A DNA stretch of 57,466 bases from Candidatus Dormiibacterota bacterium (lineage in GTDB: Bacteria; Chloroflexota; Dormibacteria; CF-121), in assembly GCA_035716185.1 (NCBI GenBank), contig DASTJZ010000075.1, positions 1 to 57,466 of the forward strand. The letters are read 5' to 3'. Below, piece after piece: positions 8,327-17,277 of this stretch (position 1 is the first letter of the stretch; each line of letters begins with the position of its first letter). The position numbers were made by a program, and so were the translations under genes. The notes below the pieces were generated by a model. That model saw only the letters and a list, made by a program, of their open reading frames with translations, did not search any database and was not told the DNA's origin.

Positions 8327-8353
8327 ACGAGAATCCTGACCGACGCGTCGACC

Positions 8354-9961
8354 ATGCCGATCACCGAGTGCGATGGCCGCCTGTTCAGGGAAGCCTTGCT
8401 CGGGTCGCTCGCCTGGCTGACGCTGAACCGCGACGAGGTGGATGCCCTAAATGTCTTCCCGGTTCCAGACGGGGACACGGGGACGAACATGCTCCTGACT
8501 CTTCAGTCGGCCGTCGACGAGATCCGCGACCGCGACGATCCAGATCTTTCCGTAACGGCCAGGCTCGCATCGCACGGCGCCCTGATGGGCGCGCGCGGCA
8601 ACTCCGGCGTCATCCTGTCGCAGGTCGTTCGCGGATTCTGTCAGGGCGTCGGCTCCAGCCAGGCCGTCAATGCCCAGGGCCTGGCCCGAGCCTTTCGCCA
8701 GGGTGCAGAGGTGGCCTACCGAGCCGTAGTCAGGCCGACCGAAGGGACCATGCTCACGGTAGCGCGGGAAGCGGCCCGGGGAGCCGAGGCCGCCGCGGAG
8801 AAGAGCAGCGATCTGGCGCTAGTCGTCCGGGCCGCCTGTGATGCGGCAGCGGCGGCGGTCGAGCGCACCCCAGAGCAGCTGCCCATCCTCAAGAAAGCCG
8901 GCGTCATCGACGCGGGTGGCTTCGGCCTCCAGCTGATTCTGGAAGGCTTCCTCAAACGGATGACAGGGGAGCGGCTGGAAGCCTTCGTGCGCCCGGCCAG
9001 CACGCACGCGCGACCGAAAGAGGTGGAGGCCCCGACCGCCGGCTGGGGCTACTGCACCGAGTTCATCATCAACGGCGAGAACCTGCCGGTGGACGATGTC
9101 CGCACCCAGATCCAGCGGCACGGCGAGTCGGCGCTCGTCGTCGGGGACGATTCCGCCATCAAGGTTCACGTTCATACCCACGAGCCGGCGGTCGTGATCG
9201 GCTATGCCAGCGGAGTGGGGCGCCTCAGCCGGCTAAAGGTCGACGATATGTCGGCCCAGCATCACCGGCTCCAGGGGGAGGCCGTTCGGCGACCGACTTT
9301 CACCAAGCACCTGGCCGTCGTCGCGGTGGCGAACGGGGACGGGTTTCGGCGGGTGCTGGAGGGCCTGGGGGTCGACTCCGTGGTGAGCGGTGGCCAGACC
9401 ATGAATCCGTCCATCCAGGATGTGCTCTCCGCGGTGGAGTCCGTCCCATCGAATGATGTGCTGCTGTTGCCGAACAACGGCAACGTCATCATGACGGCTC
9501 AGCAGGTCGCCGAAGTTAGCAAGAAACGGGTTCGGGTCGTGCCATCCAGGACGCTGCCCCAGGGCATCGCAGCCTTGTTTGCCTTCGACTTCAGCGCGGA
9601 TCTCGAGGCGAACGCCACGGCCATGTCTGGCGCCCTCAATCAGGTCCAAACCATCGAGGTAACGCGGGCCGTTCGGGACAGTGAGGTCGACGGCCTGAAG
9701 GTCGCTGAAAACGACATCATCGGCCTGCTGAACGAGCGCATTGTCGAGGCCGGCGATTCGGCCCCGAAGGTCGTGCAGGCCGTTTTGAAGCGTCTCGAAC
9801 CGGCAAAGGTGGGTACGGTCACGATTTACGCCGGCGCGGATGCCGGCGACGACGAGCGCGAAAGCCTGCGAGCGGCGGTGGCGGAACAATTCCCCCAAGC
9901 CTCGGTAGAGCTGCAAGCCGGCGAGCAAGCGCTGTATCCGTACGTGATCGCCGTCGAGTAG
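8354..9961 (+). CDS. DAK2-domain fatty acid kinase catalytic subunit (FakA/YloV-like)
   Basis: LNVFPVPDGDTGTNM, GARGNSGVILSQ, PTEGTMLTV, YCTEF, KVHVHT, GGQTMNPS. Confidence 0.93.
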   Translation: MPITECDGRLFREALLGSLAWLTLNRDEVDALNVFPVPDGDTGTNMLLTLQSAVDEIRDRDDPDLSVTARLASHGALMGARGNSGVILSQVVRGFCQGVGSSQAVNAQGLARAFRQGAEVAYRAVVRPTEGTMLTVAREAARGAEAAAEKSSDLALVVRAACDAAAAAVERTPEQLPILKKAGVIDAGGFGLQLILEGFLKRMTGERLEAFVRPASTHARPKEVEAPTAGWGYCTEFIINGENLPVDDVRTQIQRHGESALVVGDDSAIKVHVHTHEPAVVIGYASGVGRLSRLKVDDMSAQHHRLQGEAVRRPTFTKHLAVVAVANGDGFRRVLEGLGVDSVVSGGQTMNPSIQDVLSAVESVPSNDVLLLPNNGNVIMTAQQVAEVSKKRVRVVPSRTLPQGIAALFAFDFSADLEANATAMSGALNQVQTIEVTRAVRDSEVDGLKVAENDIIGLLNERIVEAGDSAPKVVQAVLKRLEPAKVGTVTIYAGADAGDDERESLRAAVAEQFPQASVELQAGEQALYPYVIAVE

Positions 9962-9965
9962 CGGC

Positions 9966-10289
9966 TTAGAGCAGCTGCAGGAGGTTGGCGATGACCGCGA
10001 GCGCCGTCAACCAGGCGGCCACCTGGTATGCCCGCCACACCCGCGGCATCCGCCTCGAGAAAAGCATCAACAGGCCAAGCAGCACGGCCAGGGCCGAGCC
10101 CTTCACGGCGTAGGCGGCAAGCTCGCCATCGGCCGCGATGATGGGCGCCATGATCCGATTCAGCTCGGGGTGCTGCAGGGCCAGCCCCAGGTGGGTGGTC
10201 AGCGTATCGAGCACCTGGAACCCGACAAAGGTGATGAGAATCAGCGCCTGGGTAAGCCGCGAGCTCAGATCGGTCGCCGAGAGCGCCAC
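9966..10289 (-). CDS. Small integral membrane protein (DUF5658-like)
   Basis: FQVLDTLTT..GL.....ELNRIM pattern followed by three hydrophobic helices. Confidence 0.65.
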   Translation of the reverse strand: MALSATDLSSRLTQALILITFVGFQVLDTLTTHLGLALQHPELNRIMAPIIAADGELAAYAVKGSALAVLLGLLMLFSRRMPRVWRAYQVAAWLTALAVIANLLQLL

Positions 10290-10386
10290 AGCACCATAGC
10301 GTGATCGCCGTTCGCTGCGTCCTACCTAACGAGTCGATCGCCGCGACATGGCTGTGTTCGCGGGAACTGCTCGATATACTCCAGGC

Positions 10387-11217
10387 GTGGTCCGGATCGT
10401 TACGGATTCCACTGCGGACCTCAGTGAAGCCCAACAGCGAAGCGCCGGCATCACGGTTGTACCGCTCAACGTCCGCTTCGGGGATGAGGTCTTCAAGGAC
10501 CACGTTGAACTCTCGGGCGACGAGTTCTTCACCCGACTGAAGGCCTCGGCCCAACTACCCAAGACGTCCCAGCCACCCGTGGGGGCATTCGAAGATGTCT
10601 TCCGACAGCTTCGTGAGGCTGGCGACGAGATCGTCGCCGTGCTCATCTCGAGCAAAGTCTCGGGAACCTTCGGCGCTGCTCAGATGGCGTCCCAGTCCGT
10701 CGATCCGGAGCACATCGCCGTGATCGACTCGCTGACCGTCTCCATGGCGCTGGGCTTCCTGGCACTCGAGGGTGCCCGGCTGGCAAAAACCGGGGCGAAC
10801 CGGAGCCAGGTGGCCGAGCGGATCCAATCGCTCTTGACCAAGGCGCACGTCCTGGCTGCTGTCGATACGCTGACCTACCTCGAGAAGGGTGGACGGATCG
10901 GGCGAGCCCGCGCGCTGCTGGGCTCGTTGCTCAATGTGAAGCCGCTCATCACCCTGCAGGACGGTGAGGTGGCCCCTCTGGGGAGGGCCCGCGGTCGCGC
11001 ACAAGCAATCGACAAGCTGGTCGATCAACTCGGCCGCGCCGGTAAGCTGACCCACCTCGCGGTGCTTCACGGCGCGGCCCTCGCCGATGCTGAGCGGGTC
11101 CGCCAGCGGGTTGCCCAGAACTATCCGGGTCTCGACATCCCTCTTGCAGAGATTGGGGCCGTCATCGGGACGTACACCGGCCCTGGAGTCATCGGCTTCA
11201 CCTATCTCGTCGCCTGA
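10387..11217 (+). CDS. DegV family fatty-acid-binding protein (FakB-like)
   Basis: IVTDSTADL, PKTSQP, ISSKVSGT, TLTYLEKGGRIG, IGTYTGPG; start GTG 10387, 6 nt after TATACT. Confidence 0.93.
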   Translation: MVRIVTDSTADLSEAQQRSAGITVVPLNVRFGDEVFKDHVELSGDEFFTRLKASAQLPKTSQPPVGAFEDVFRQLREAGDEIVAVLISSKVSGTFGAAQMASQSVDPEHIAVIDSLTVSMALGFLALEGARLAKTGANRSQVAERIQSLLTKAHVLAAVDTLTYLEKGGRIGRARALLGSLLNVKPLITLQDGEVAPLGRARGRAQAIDKLVDQLGRAGKLTHLAVLHGAALADAERVRQRVAQNYPGLDIPLAEIGAVIGTYTGPGVIGFTYLVA

Positions 11218-11219
11218 CC

Positions 11220-13265
11220 ATGCCACGCCTCTCGCTTGATGACCCGGTGACCGCAATCACCGGAATCAGCACGGTCTACAGCCAGCGGCTGGGGCATGTC
11301 GGGGTGAAGACGGTCGGCGATCTCCTTCTCTACCTTCCCCGCCGGCACGAAGACTTTGCGAATGTCACGCCGATCGCGTGGATTCGGCCAGGGATGCGCA
11401 CGACGGTGCGGGCGCGGGTTTACCAGATCGAAAAAGTGCAGACCAGGTACAAACGCGTCCAACTCGCTCGGGCCAAGTTATCCGACGACTCTGGACAGCT
11501 CGAGGTGGTGTGGTTCAACCAGCCATACATTGCCAGCCAGCTACATCCTGGTGACCACCTGCTGCTTGCCGGCACCGTTGACCGCAACGGGGGCCTCGTG
11601 ATGAAGAACCCTTTGTACGAGCGGGTATCACGCGATCCGATCCATTCCGCCCGAATCGTGCCCATTTATCCCGAGACTCGAGGCCTGACGTCTCGCTGGC
11701 TTCGGGAAAAGATCCTCCCTCTGCTGTGGCTGGCTGACCAGCTGGAGGAAGACCTTCCGCGGGAGTTGGCCGAGCGACGCAAGCTGATGCCGCGCTCCGC
11801 CGCGATCAAGCAGGTGCATTTCCCTGACTCGTTCGAGGATCTGGAACGAGCCCGCAACCGCCTGGAGTTCGAGGAGATCTTCGTCAACCAGGTTGCCAAC
11901 CAGCTCGCGAAACGGGCCCGCAAGGCTCACCCCGCGCATGCCATACCCTTCGATGAGGCGGCTGCCCGAGCCTTCGTCGCGGCGCTCCCTTTCAAGCTGA
12001 CCAACGCGCAACGGCGGGCGGCCTGGCAGATTCTCACGGATATGCGCAAAGGCGAACCCATGAATCGCCTTCTGGAGGGAGATGTGGGCTCGGGCAAGAC
12101 GGTGGTCGCGGCGATGGCCATCCATCACGCCGCCAAAGCCGGCTTCCAGTCGATGCTGCTTGCGCCGACCGAGATCCTCGCCCGTCAACACGCCGAGGTG
12201 ATCGACTCGCTGCTCAAACCGTTCGGCGTCAATGTGGGCCTGTTGCTGGGAAGTACGCCTCCCGCGGGACGTCGCAGCCTGTTAGCGGCAGTGGCAGGGA
12301 GGGGGATCGACGTCCTGATCGGGACCCATGCCCTCATCGAAGAGGACGTCCGTTTCAAGACGCTCGGCTTTGCCGTGGTGGACGAACAACATCGCTTCGG
12401 CGTGGCACAACGGCTCTCCGTCCGTCAGGGCGAGCTGTGGCCTCACTTTCTGTCCATGACGGCGACGCCTATCCCGCGGACGCTTGGGCTGACGCTGTTT
12501 GGCGATCTGGACATATCCGTCCTTGATGAGATGCCGCCTGGACGGCGACCCGTCACCACCCGACTCGTGCCCCCGGATGAGCGCCAGCAGGCATACGACT
12601 TCATCCGGCAGCAGGTGGCGACCGGTCGCCAGGTCTTCGTCATCTGCCCGCTGATCCAGGAATCGGACAAGCTCGGGGTCCGCTCGGCGACGCAAGAGGT
12701 GGAGAAGCTACGTACCGATGTTTTCCCCGATCTGCAGGAGCGGATCGCGCTCTTACATGGCCGGATGAAGACGGCGGAGAAAGAGGAGGTGATGACGAAA
12801 TTTCAGCGCGGCGAGACCGCCATCCTGGTGTCGACGTCGGTCGTCGAGGTCGGCATCGACATTCCAAATGCCACCGTGATGATGATCGAAGGGGCTGGTC
12901 GTTTCGGACTGGCCCAGCTTCATCAGTTCCGCGGGCGGGTGGGGCGCGGCTTGCATGAGTCGGTCTGCTTGCTGTTCACCGACGTCGATGATCCGGAAAC
13001 GATGGAACGATTGCATGCCGTCGTCAGTCACCAGAGCGGCTTCGAGCTGGCCGAGATCGACCTCCGGCTCCGGGGAATGGGCGACCTCCTGGGGATGAGG
13101 CAGCACGGTCACGAGTTCAGCATGGCCAACTTGCTCGACGCTGTGCTGATCAGCGACGCCCGCGACGAGGCCGTCCGCCTCTTGGAGCGCGACCCGGCGC
13201 TGGCCGGCGAGCCGGGCCTCCGCCACCAGCTTTCGGCGTATCGTCCGGTGTTCGCCCTGGATTGA
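11220..13265 (+). CDS. recG: ATP-dependent DNA helicase RecG
   Basis: GDVGSGKT, VVDEQHRFG, MTATPIPRT, STSVVEVGID, LHQFRGRVGR, LRLRGMGD. Confidence 0.97.
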   Translation: MPRLSLDDPVTAITGISTVYSQRLGHVGVKTVGDLLLYLPRRHEDFANVTPIAWIRPGMRTTVRARVYQIEKVQTRYKRVQLARAKLSDDSGQLEVVWFNQPYIASQLHPGDHLLLAGTVDRNGGLVMKNPLYERVSRDPIHSARIVPIYPETRGLTSRWLREKILPLLWLADQLEEDLPRELAERRKLMPRSAAIKQVHFPDSFEDLERARNRLEFEEIFVNQVANQLAKRARKAHPAHAIPFDEAAARAFVAALPFKLTNAQRRAAWQILTDMRKGEPMNRLLEGDVGSGKTVVAAMAIHHAAKAGFQSMLLAPTEILARQHAEVIDSLLKPFGVNVGLLLGSTPPAGRRSLLAAVAGRGIDVLIGTHALIEEDVRFKTLGFAVVDEQHRFGVAQRLSVRQGELWPHFLSMTATPIPRTLGLTLFGDLDISVLDEMPPGRRPVTTRLVPPDERQQAYDFIRQQVATGRQVFVICPLIQESDKLGVRSATQEVEKLRTDVFPDLQERIALLHGRMKTAEKEEVMTKFQRGETAILVSTSVVEVGIDIPNATVMMIEGAGRFGLAQLHQFRGRVGRGLHESVCLLFTDVDDPETMERLHAVVSHQSGFELAEIDLRLRGMGDLLGMRQHGHEFSMANLLDAVLISDARDEAVRLLERDPALAGEPGLRHQLSAYRPVFALD

Positions 13266-13401
13266 GCTGCGGCTTGGACGGCGGCGCCTGCGGCGGACGG
13301 ACTGGACGAATCAGTGTTAGGAGACGGCCCACCAGTAGCCCCGTCGCCGCCGGGAGAACGAGGACCAGCAGAATCCCCAGGATCGCATCGACGACGACTA
13401 T
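13150..13401 (-). CDS. Putative small membrane protein with ATA start, convergent on and overlapping the recG 3' end
   Basis: AAGGAG (13409-13414) + 7 nt + ATA GTC GTC GTC GAT..., giving (M)VVVDAILGILLVLVLPAATGLLVGRLLTLIRP..., a clear TM helix in the otherwise empty recG-rsmD gap. Confidence 0.45.
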   Translation of the reverse strand: MVVVDAILGILLVLVLPAATGLLVGRLLTLIRPVRPPQAPPSKPQLNPGRTPDDTPKAGGGGPARRPAPGRAPRGGRPRRGRR

Positions 13402-13460
13402 GCTGGTGCTCCTTCCGCAGGGCAGCCCGGCCAGCCGAGCATGCCTGCTTTACTCATCCC

Positions 13461-14024
13461 ATGTCAGGGCCCGCGACCCGCGTTACCGCCGGCTCTAGTC
13501 GCGGACGAGTGCTGAAAACGCCACCGGGCCAGGCGACTCGGCCAACGACGTCGCTGGTACGCGAGGCGTTGTTCAACATCATCGGCGACAGCATACGCGG
13601 TGCCAGGGTCCTCGATCTGTTTGCCGGGGCCGGAACGCTGGGCATTGAAGCCCTCTCGCGTGGCGCTGCGTGGACGACCTTTGTGGAATGCGACCGATCC
13701 TGTGCTAACATCGTCGCCGAGAATTTGGCCGCAACCGGCTTCGCCCAGCAGGGCGACGTTGCAGGGACTGATGCCATCGAGTGGATCAGGACCCACTCCA
13801 GTGACCTCGCCAGTTACAACCTTCTTCTCCTGGATCCCCCTTACCGCGACAGCGGAGCGTTGAGCGGAGCGCTCCAGGCGCTTGACCACGCGCCGCTCCG
13901 GGAGCAGGCGGTGGTCGTCGTCGAGCATCATCGCAGTCAGCCGCTGCCGTCGCTGCAACATCTGGCCTACGTGCGCGACCGCGATTACGGCACCACCCGG
14001 CTCACGTTCTTCAGGTACGTGTGA
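13461..14024 (+). CDS. rsmD: 16S rRNA (guanine966-N2)-methyltransferase RsmD
   Basis: TRPTTSLVREALFN, LDLFAGAGTLGIEALSRGA, LDPPY, YGTT. Confidence 0.93.
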   Translation: MSGPATRVTAGSSRGRVLKTPPGQATRPTTSLVREALFNIIGDSIRGARVLDLFAGAGTLGIEALSRGAAWTTFVECDRSCANIVAENLAATGFAQQGDVAGTDAIEWIRTHSSDLASYNLLLLDPPYRDSGALSGALQALDHAPLREQAVVVVEHHRSQPLPSLQHLAYVRDRDYGTTRLTFFRYV

Positions 14025-14515
14025 TCACGGCCCTCTATCCGGGAAGCTTCGACCCACTGACCCACGGGCATCTCGATATCGTCGACCGAGCCGCTCGGAT
14101 CTTCGACCACGTCGTGATCGCCGTCCTCGAGAATCCGAGCAAGCAACCGCTGTTCAGCACGAGCGAGCGGGTGCGGATGATCCGGGAAAGCCTGGGGGAG
14201 AGGCCGGGCGTCGAGGTCAGCACCTTCGACGGCCTCACGATCGAGTTCGCTCGCCAGGTGGGGGCCCGCGTCATCGTGCGGGGGCTCCGCGCCGTGTCGG
14301 ATTTCGAGAGTGAGTTCCAGATGGCGCTGATGAACCGCCGGCTGGAACCGGAGGTCACCACCGTTTTCATCCCGACTAGCCTGCGTCACCTGTTCCTCAG
14401 CTCCAGCCTGATCAAGGAGCTCGCCGAATTCGGTGGCGACATCGCAGAATTCGTCCCACCCAGCGTCGTCGGACCACTCAAGCAACGTCTTGGCACAAGG
14501 GAGCAGAAGTCATGA
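14021..14515 (+). CDS. coaD: Phosphopantetheine adenylyltransferase
   Basis: YPGSFDPLTHGHLDIV, RGLRAVSDFESE, SSSLIKE. Confidence 0.97.
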   Translation: MITALYPGSFDPLTHGHLDIVDRAARIFDHVVIAVLENPSKQPLFSTSERVRMIRESLGERPGVEVSTFDGLTIEFARQVGARVIVRGLRAVSDFESEFQMALMNRRLEPEVTTVFIPTSLRHLFLSSSLIKELAEFGGDIAEFVPPSVVGPLKQRLGTREQKS

Positions 14516-14997
14516 ACATCCACGAAGCCATCGACCGGATCGAATACTTGATTGCGCACAGCCGCCAGATCCCACTGACCCGAACGGTCGTTGTCGACCA
14601 GGAGGAGGCGCTGGCGTGCATCGACGATCTGCGACTCAGCCTCCCGGACGAGATCAAACAGGCGCGCTGGACGCTGCAGGAGCAGCAACGCCTGCTCTCT
14701 GAAGCGCAGGCGGAGGCGGCGCGGATCGTCAACAAGGCGAGTGAGCGTGCCCAGACGATGATGGGGCAGCAGGAATTATTGAAGCGGGCCGAGAAGCAGG
14801 CCGAGGCGATGCTCAAGGAAGCCGCCGTCAAGGCGGATGAGACCCGACGGGCCGCCGATCGCTATGCCTGGGAGGTCATGCAGTCACTGGAGGGCCAGCT
14901 GATGCGAACCATCGCCACGGTGAAGAAGGGCGTCGAGGCACTGCGAGTCCCGGCAGCCAAAGCGGCTCGAGAGGTGGAGGTCATCAGCGGCCGCTAG
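14512..14997 (+). CDS. Conserved coiled-coil protein after coaD (DivIVA/SepIVA-like, ATP synthase b-like)
   Basis: SRQIPLT..VVVD.EE..A.IDDLR..LPDEIKQA followed by Ala/Glu/Lys heptads; conserved position between coaD and rpmF. Confidence 0.75.
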   Translation: MNIHEAIDRIEYLIAHSRQIPLTRTVVVDQEEALACIDDLRLSLPDEIKQARWTLQEQQRLLSEAQAEAARIVNKASERAQTMMGQQELLKRAEKQAEAMLKEAAVKADETRRAADRYAWEVMQSLEGQLMRTIATVKKGVEALRVPAAKAAREVEVISGR

Positions 14998-15088
14998 CGC
15001 AGTCCTGGCCGGGTCACCTCGTCAATAACGGATGGTCGCGGACAGACCTGCCGACCTACGGGAGGATCAGCCCTATAATGGGTCGCTC

Positions 15089-15265
15089 ATGGCTCTTCCT
15101 AAGACTCGATATGCCCATGCCCGCCAGGGTGAGCGGCGCGCGCACCTGGCGATGAAGCGTCCGCAGCTCGTCGAATGCTCGCAGTGCCACCAGCCGAAGC
15201 TGCCGCACGCAATCTGCCGTAACTGCGGCTACTACGACGGGCGCGAAGTCATCAAGACCGACTAG
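15089..15265 (+). CDS. rpmF: 50S ribosomal protein L32 (Zn-binding form)
   Basis: MALPKTRYAHARQGERRAH...CSQC..PKLPHAICRNCGYYDGREV; TATAAT 9 nt upstream. Confidence 0.96.
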   Translation: MALPKTRYAHARQGERRAHLAMKRPQLVECSQCHQPKLPHAICRNCGYYDGREVIKTD

Positions 15266-15279
15266 GTCCGGCGGGTCCG

Positions 15280-16197
15280 ACGCTCGCCTTCCTGTTTCCA
15301 GGTCAGGGCGCCCAATTCGTGGGGATGGCCCGCGACCTGATCGAGAAGGACGATGGAACCGGAGAATTCCTGAAAAAGGCTGAGGATCTTCTCAACCTGC
15401 CGCTCGGCCGCTTGATGGTCGAGGGACCCGGCGACGAGCTGCAAAAGACCGAAAACGCGCAGCCCGCGATCACCTTCCATAGCCTGGCGCTACTTCGCAA
15501 ACTGGTTGACGCCGGCATCACGCCGGACGCGGTGGCCGGTCACAGTCTCGGAGAGTTTGCCGGCCTGGTGGCCGCCGGCGGCCTTGAGCCGATCGATGCG
15601 CTGCTGGCGGTCCGCGCCCGTGGGCGGGCGATGGCGGCCGCAGCTCCGGGAGGCACCGGCATGGTCGCGGTGCTCGGTCTCGATGATGCCGCGGTCGACC
15701 GCGTTTGCGCCGAGGTCCAGGGCGTTGTACCGGCGAATTACAACGCTCCGGGTCAAGTTGTGATCTCAGGGTCCAACGACGCGCTCGAGGCGGTGACCCC
15801 ACGGCTCCAAGAGGCCGGCGCGCGGCGCTTGGTCAGGCTACCGGTCAGCGCCGCCTTCCATTCGCCGCTCATGAAAGACGCAGCCGCAGCCTTTGCTGAG
15901 ACCTGGGACGCCATTACGCTGCGCCGGCTCGAGCGACCGCAGGTCTTCAACGCCGACGCCGCCGCCCATGCCGAGCCTGGCGAGATCCGGCCGCTGATGG
16001 TCGGTCAGCTGACAGGGCCGGTTCGCTGGACGCAGAGCGTTCGGCGACTGCGAGAACTCGGTGCGAGCACCTTCGTCGAGATCGGTCCGGGCAGGACGCT
16101 GACCGGGCTGGTCAAGAAGATCGTCCCGGAGGCGGTGCTCCACAATATCGAGGATATGGCTTCTCTGACCGCGTTCTTGCAGGCGGAGCATGCCTGA
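15280..16197 (+). CDS. fabD: Malonyl-CoA:ACP transacylase FabD (start codon unresolved)
   Basis: TLAFLFPGQGAQFVG lies upstream of the track start 15319; GHSLGE, ANYNAPGQ, SAAFHS. No in-frame ATG/GTG/TTG back to the stop at 15220; ACG 15280 is given as a placeholder. Confidence 0.93.
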   Translation, partial: TLAFLFPGQGAQFVGMARDLIEKDDGTGEFLKKAEDLLNLPLGRLMVEGPGDELQKTENAQPAITFHSLALLRKLVDAGITPDAVAGHSLGEFAGLVAAGGLEPIDALLAVRARGRAMAAAAPGGTGMVAVLGLDDAAVDRVCAEVQGVVPANYNAPGQVVISGSNDALEAVTPRLQEAGARRLVRLPVSAAFHSPLMKDAAAAFAETWDAITLRRLERPQVFNADAAAHAEPGEIRPLMVGQLTGPVRWTQSVRRLRELGASTFVEIGPGRTLTGLVKKIVPEAVLHNIEDMASLTAFLQAEHA

Positions 16198-16939
16198 CGG
16201 GTTTCGCCAGCAAGTCGCGTTGGTAACCGGTGGCAGCCGTGGCATCGGCCGGGCCACGGCCGACCTGCTGGCTGCCGCTGGGGTCAAGGTCGCCATCACC
16301 TACAGGAGCCGGAAACCGGAGGCCGACCACTTCGTCGAGGAAGTGTCACGGGCGGGGGGAAACGCGTTGGCGATTCAGGCTGACTTCGCCGAATCGGCCG
16401 CCCCCGGGCTCGCCGTCGAGGCCACGGTCAAGGAGTTTGGCCGCCTCGACATTCTGGTGAACAACGCCGGCCTGACCAGGGACACGCTGGTGATGCGGAT
16501 GAGCGAGGCGGACTGGGACGTGGTGCTGCAAACCAACTTGAAAGCCGCTTTCCTGGCGATCAAGGCGGCCCTGCGGCCGATGCTCAAACAGAAGTACGGC
16601 CGGATCGTGAACGTCTCCTCGCTGGCCGGCGTGGCCGGGAACGCTGGCCAGGCGAACTACAGTGCGTCGAAGGCGGGCTTGATTGGCCTGACCAGGGCGC
16701 TGGCCAAGGAGGTCGGGTCGCGCAATATCACGGTCAACGCCGTGGCCCCCGGCTTCATCGAGACTGAACTCATCGGCGGCGTGCCCGCCGAGCTCCTGGA
16801 GCGAGCCCGCCAGGCGGCCGCGATTCCCCGGATCGGGACGCCATCAGACGTCGCCCCGGCGATCGTCTTTTTGGCATCGCCGGAGGCGGGCTATATCACC
16901 GGCCAGGTTCTGGGCATTGACGGAGGTCTGCCGATCTAG
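16190..16939 (+). CDS. fabG: 3-oxoacyl-ACP reductase
   Basis: VTGGSRGIG, NNAGLTRD, GQANYSASK, VAPGFIET, YITGQVLGIDGG. Confidence 0.95.
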   Translation: MPDGFRQQVALVTGGSRGIGRATADLLAAAGVKVAITYRSRKPEADHFVEEVSRAGGNALAIQADFAESAAPGLAVEATVKEFGRLDILVNNAGLTRDTLVMRMSEADWDVVLQTNLKAAFLAIKAALRPMLKQKYGRIVNVSSLAGVAGNAGQANYSASKAGLIGLTRALAKEVGSRNITVNAVAPGFIETELIGGVPAELLERARQAAAIPRIGTPSDVAPAIVFLASPEAGYITGQVLGIDGGLPI

Positions 16940-17000
16940 GACGATTGCGGAAGCTTCGTCTAGAATTTGACGGACTCGGAATAGCGAAAAGGGGAGTCGG

Positions 17001-17249
17001 ATGGACGGGAGTAACTACGAGAAGTTCAAGGGCATCATCGCCGAGCAGCTCGGTGTCGAGCCGGAGCAAGTGACCCCAGACGCCTCGTTCGTCGACGACC
17101 TGAATGCGGATTCCCTCGACCTGGTCGAGTTGATCATGGCGTTCGAGGAAGAATACGGGATGGAGATACCTGACGAGGACGCCGAAAGGATTCAGACCGT
17201 CGGAGCCGCCTGGGACTACGTCCAGGAGAAGCTCGGCATCACCACCTGA
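17001..17249 (+). CDS. acpP: Acyl carrier protein
   Basis: [21 protein letters not shown]; SD GGGGAG; TAGAAT upstream. Confidence 0.97.
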   Translation: MDGSNYEKFKGIIAEQLGVEPEQVTPDASFVDDLNADSLDLVELIMAFEEEYGMEIPDEDAERIQTVGAAWDYVQEKLGITT

Positions 17250-17277
17250 GCCAAAGGTCGCTCAGGCGGACGAGCCG

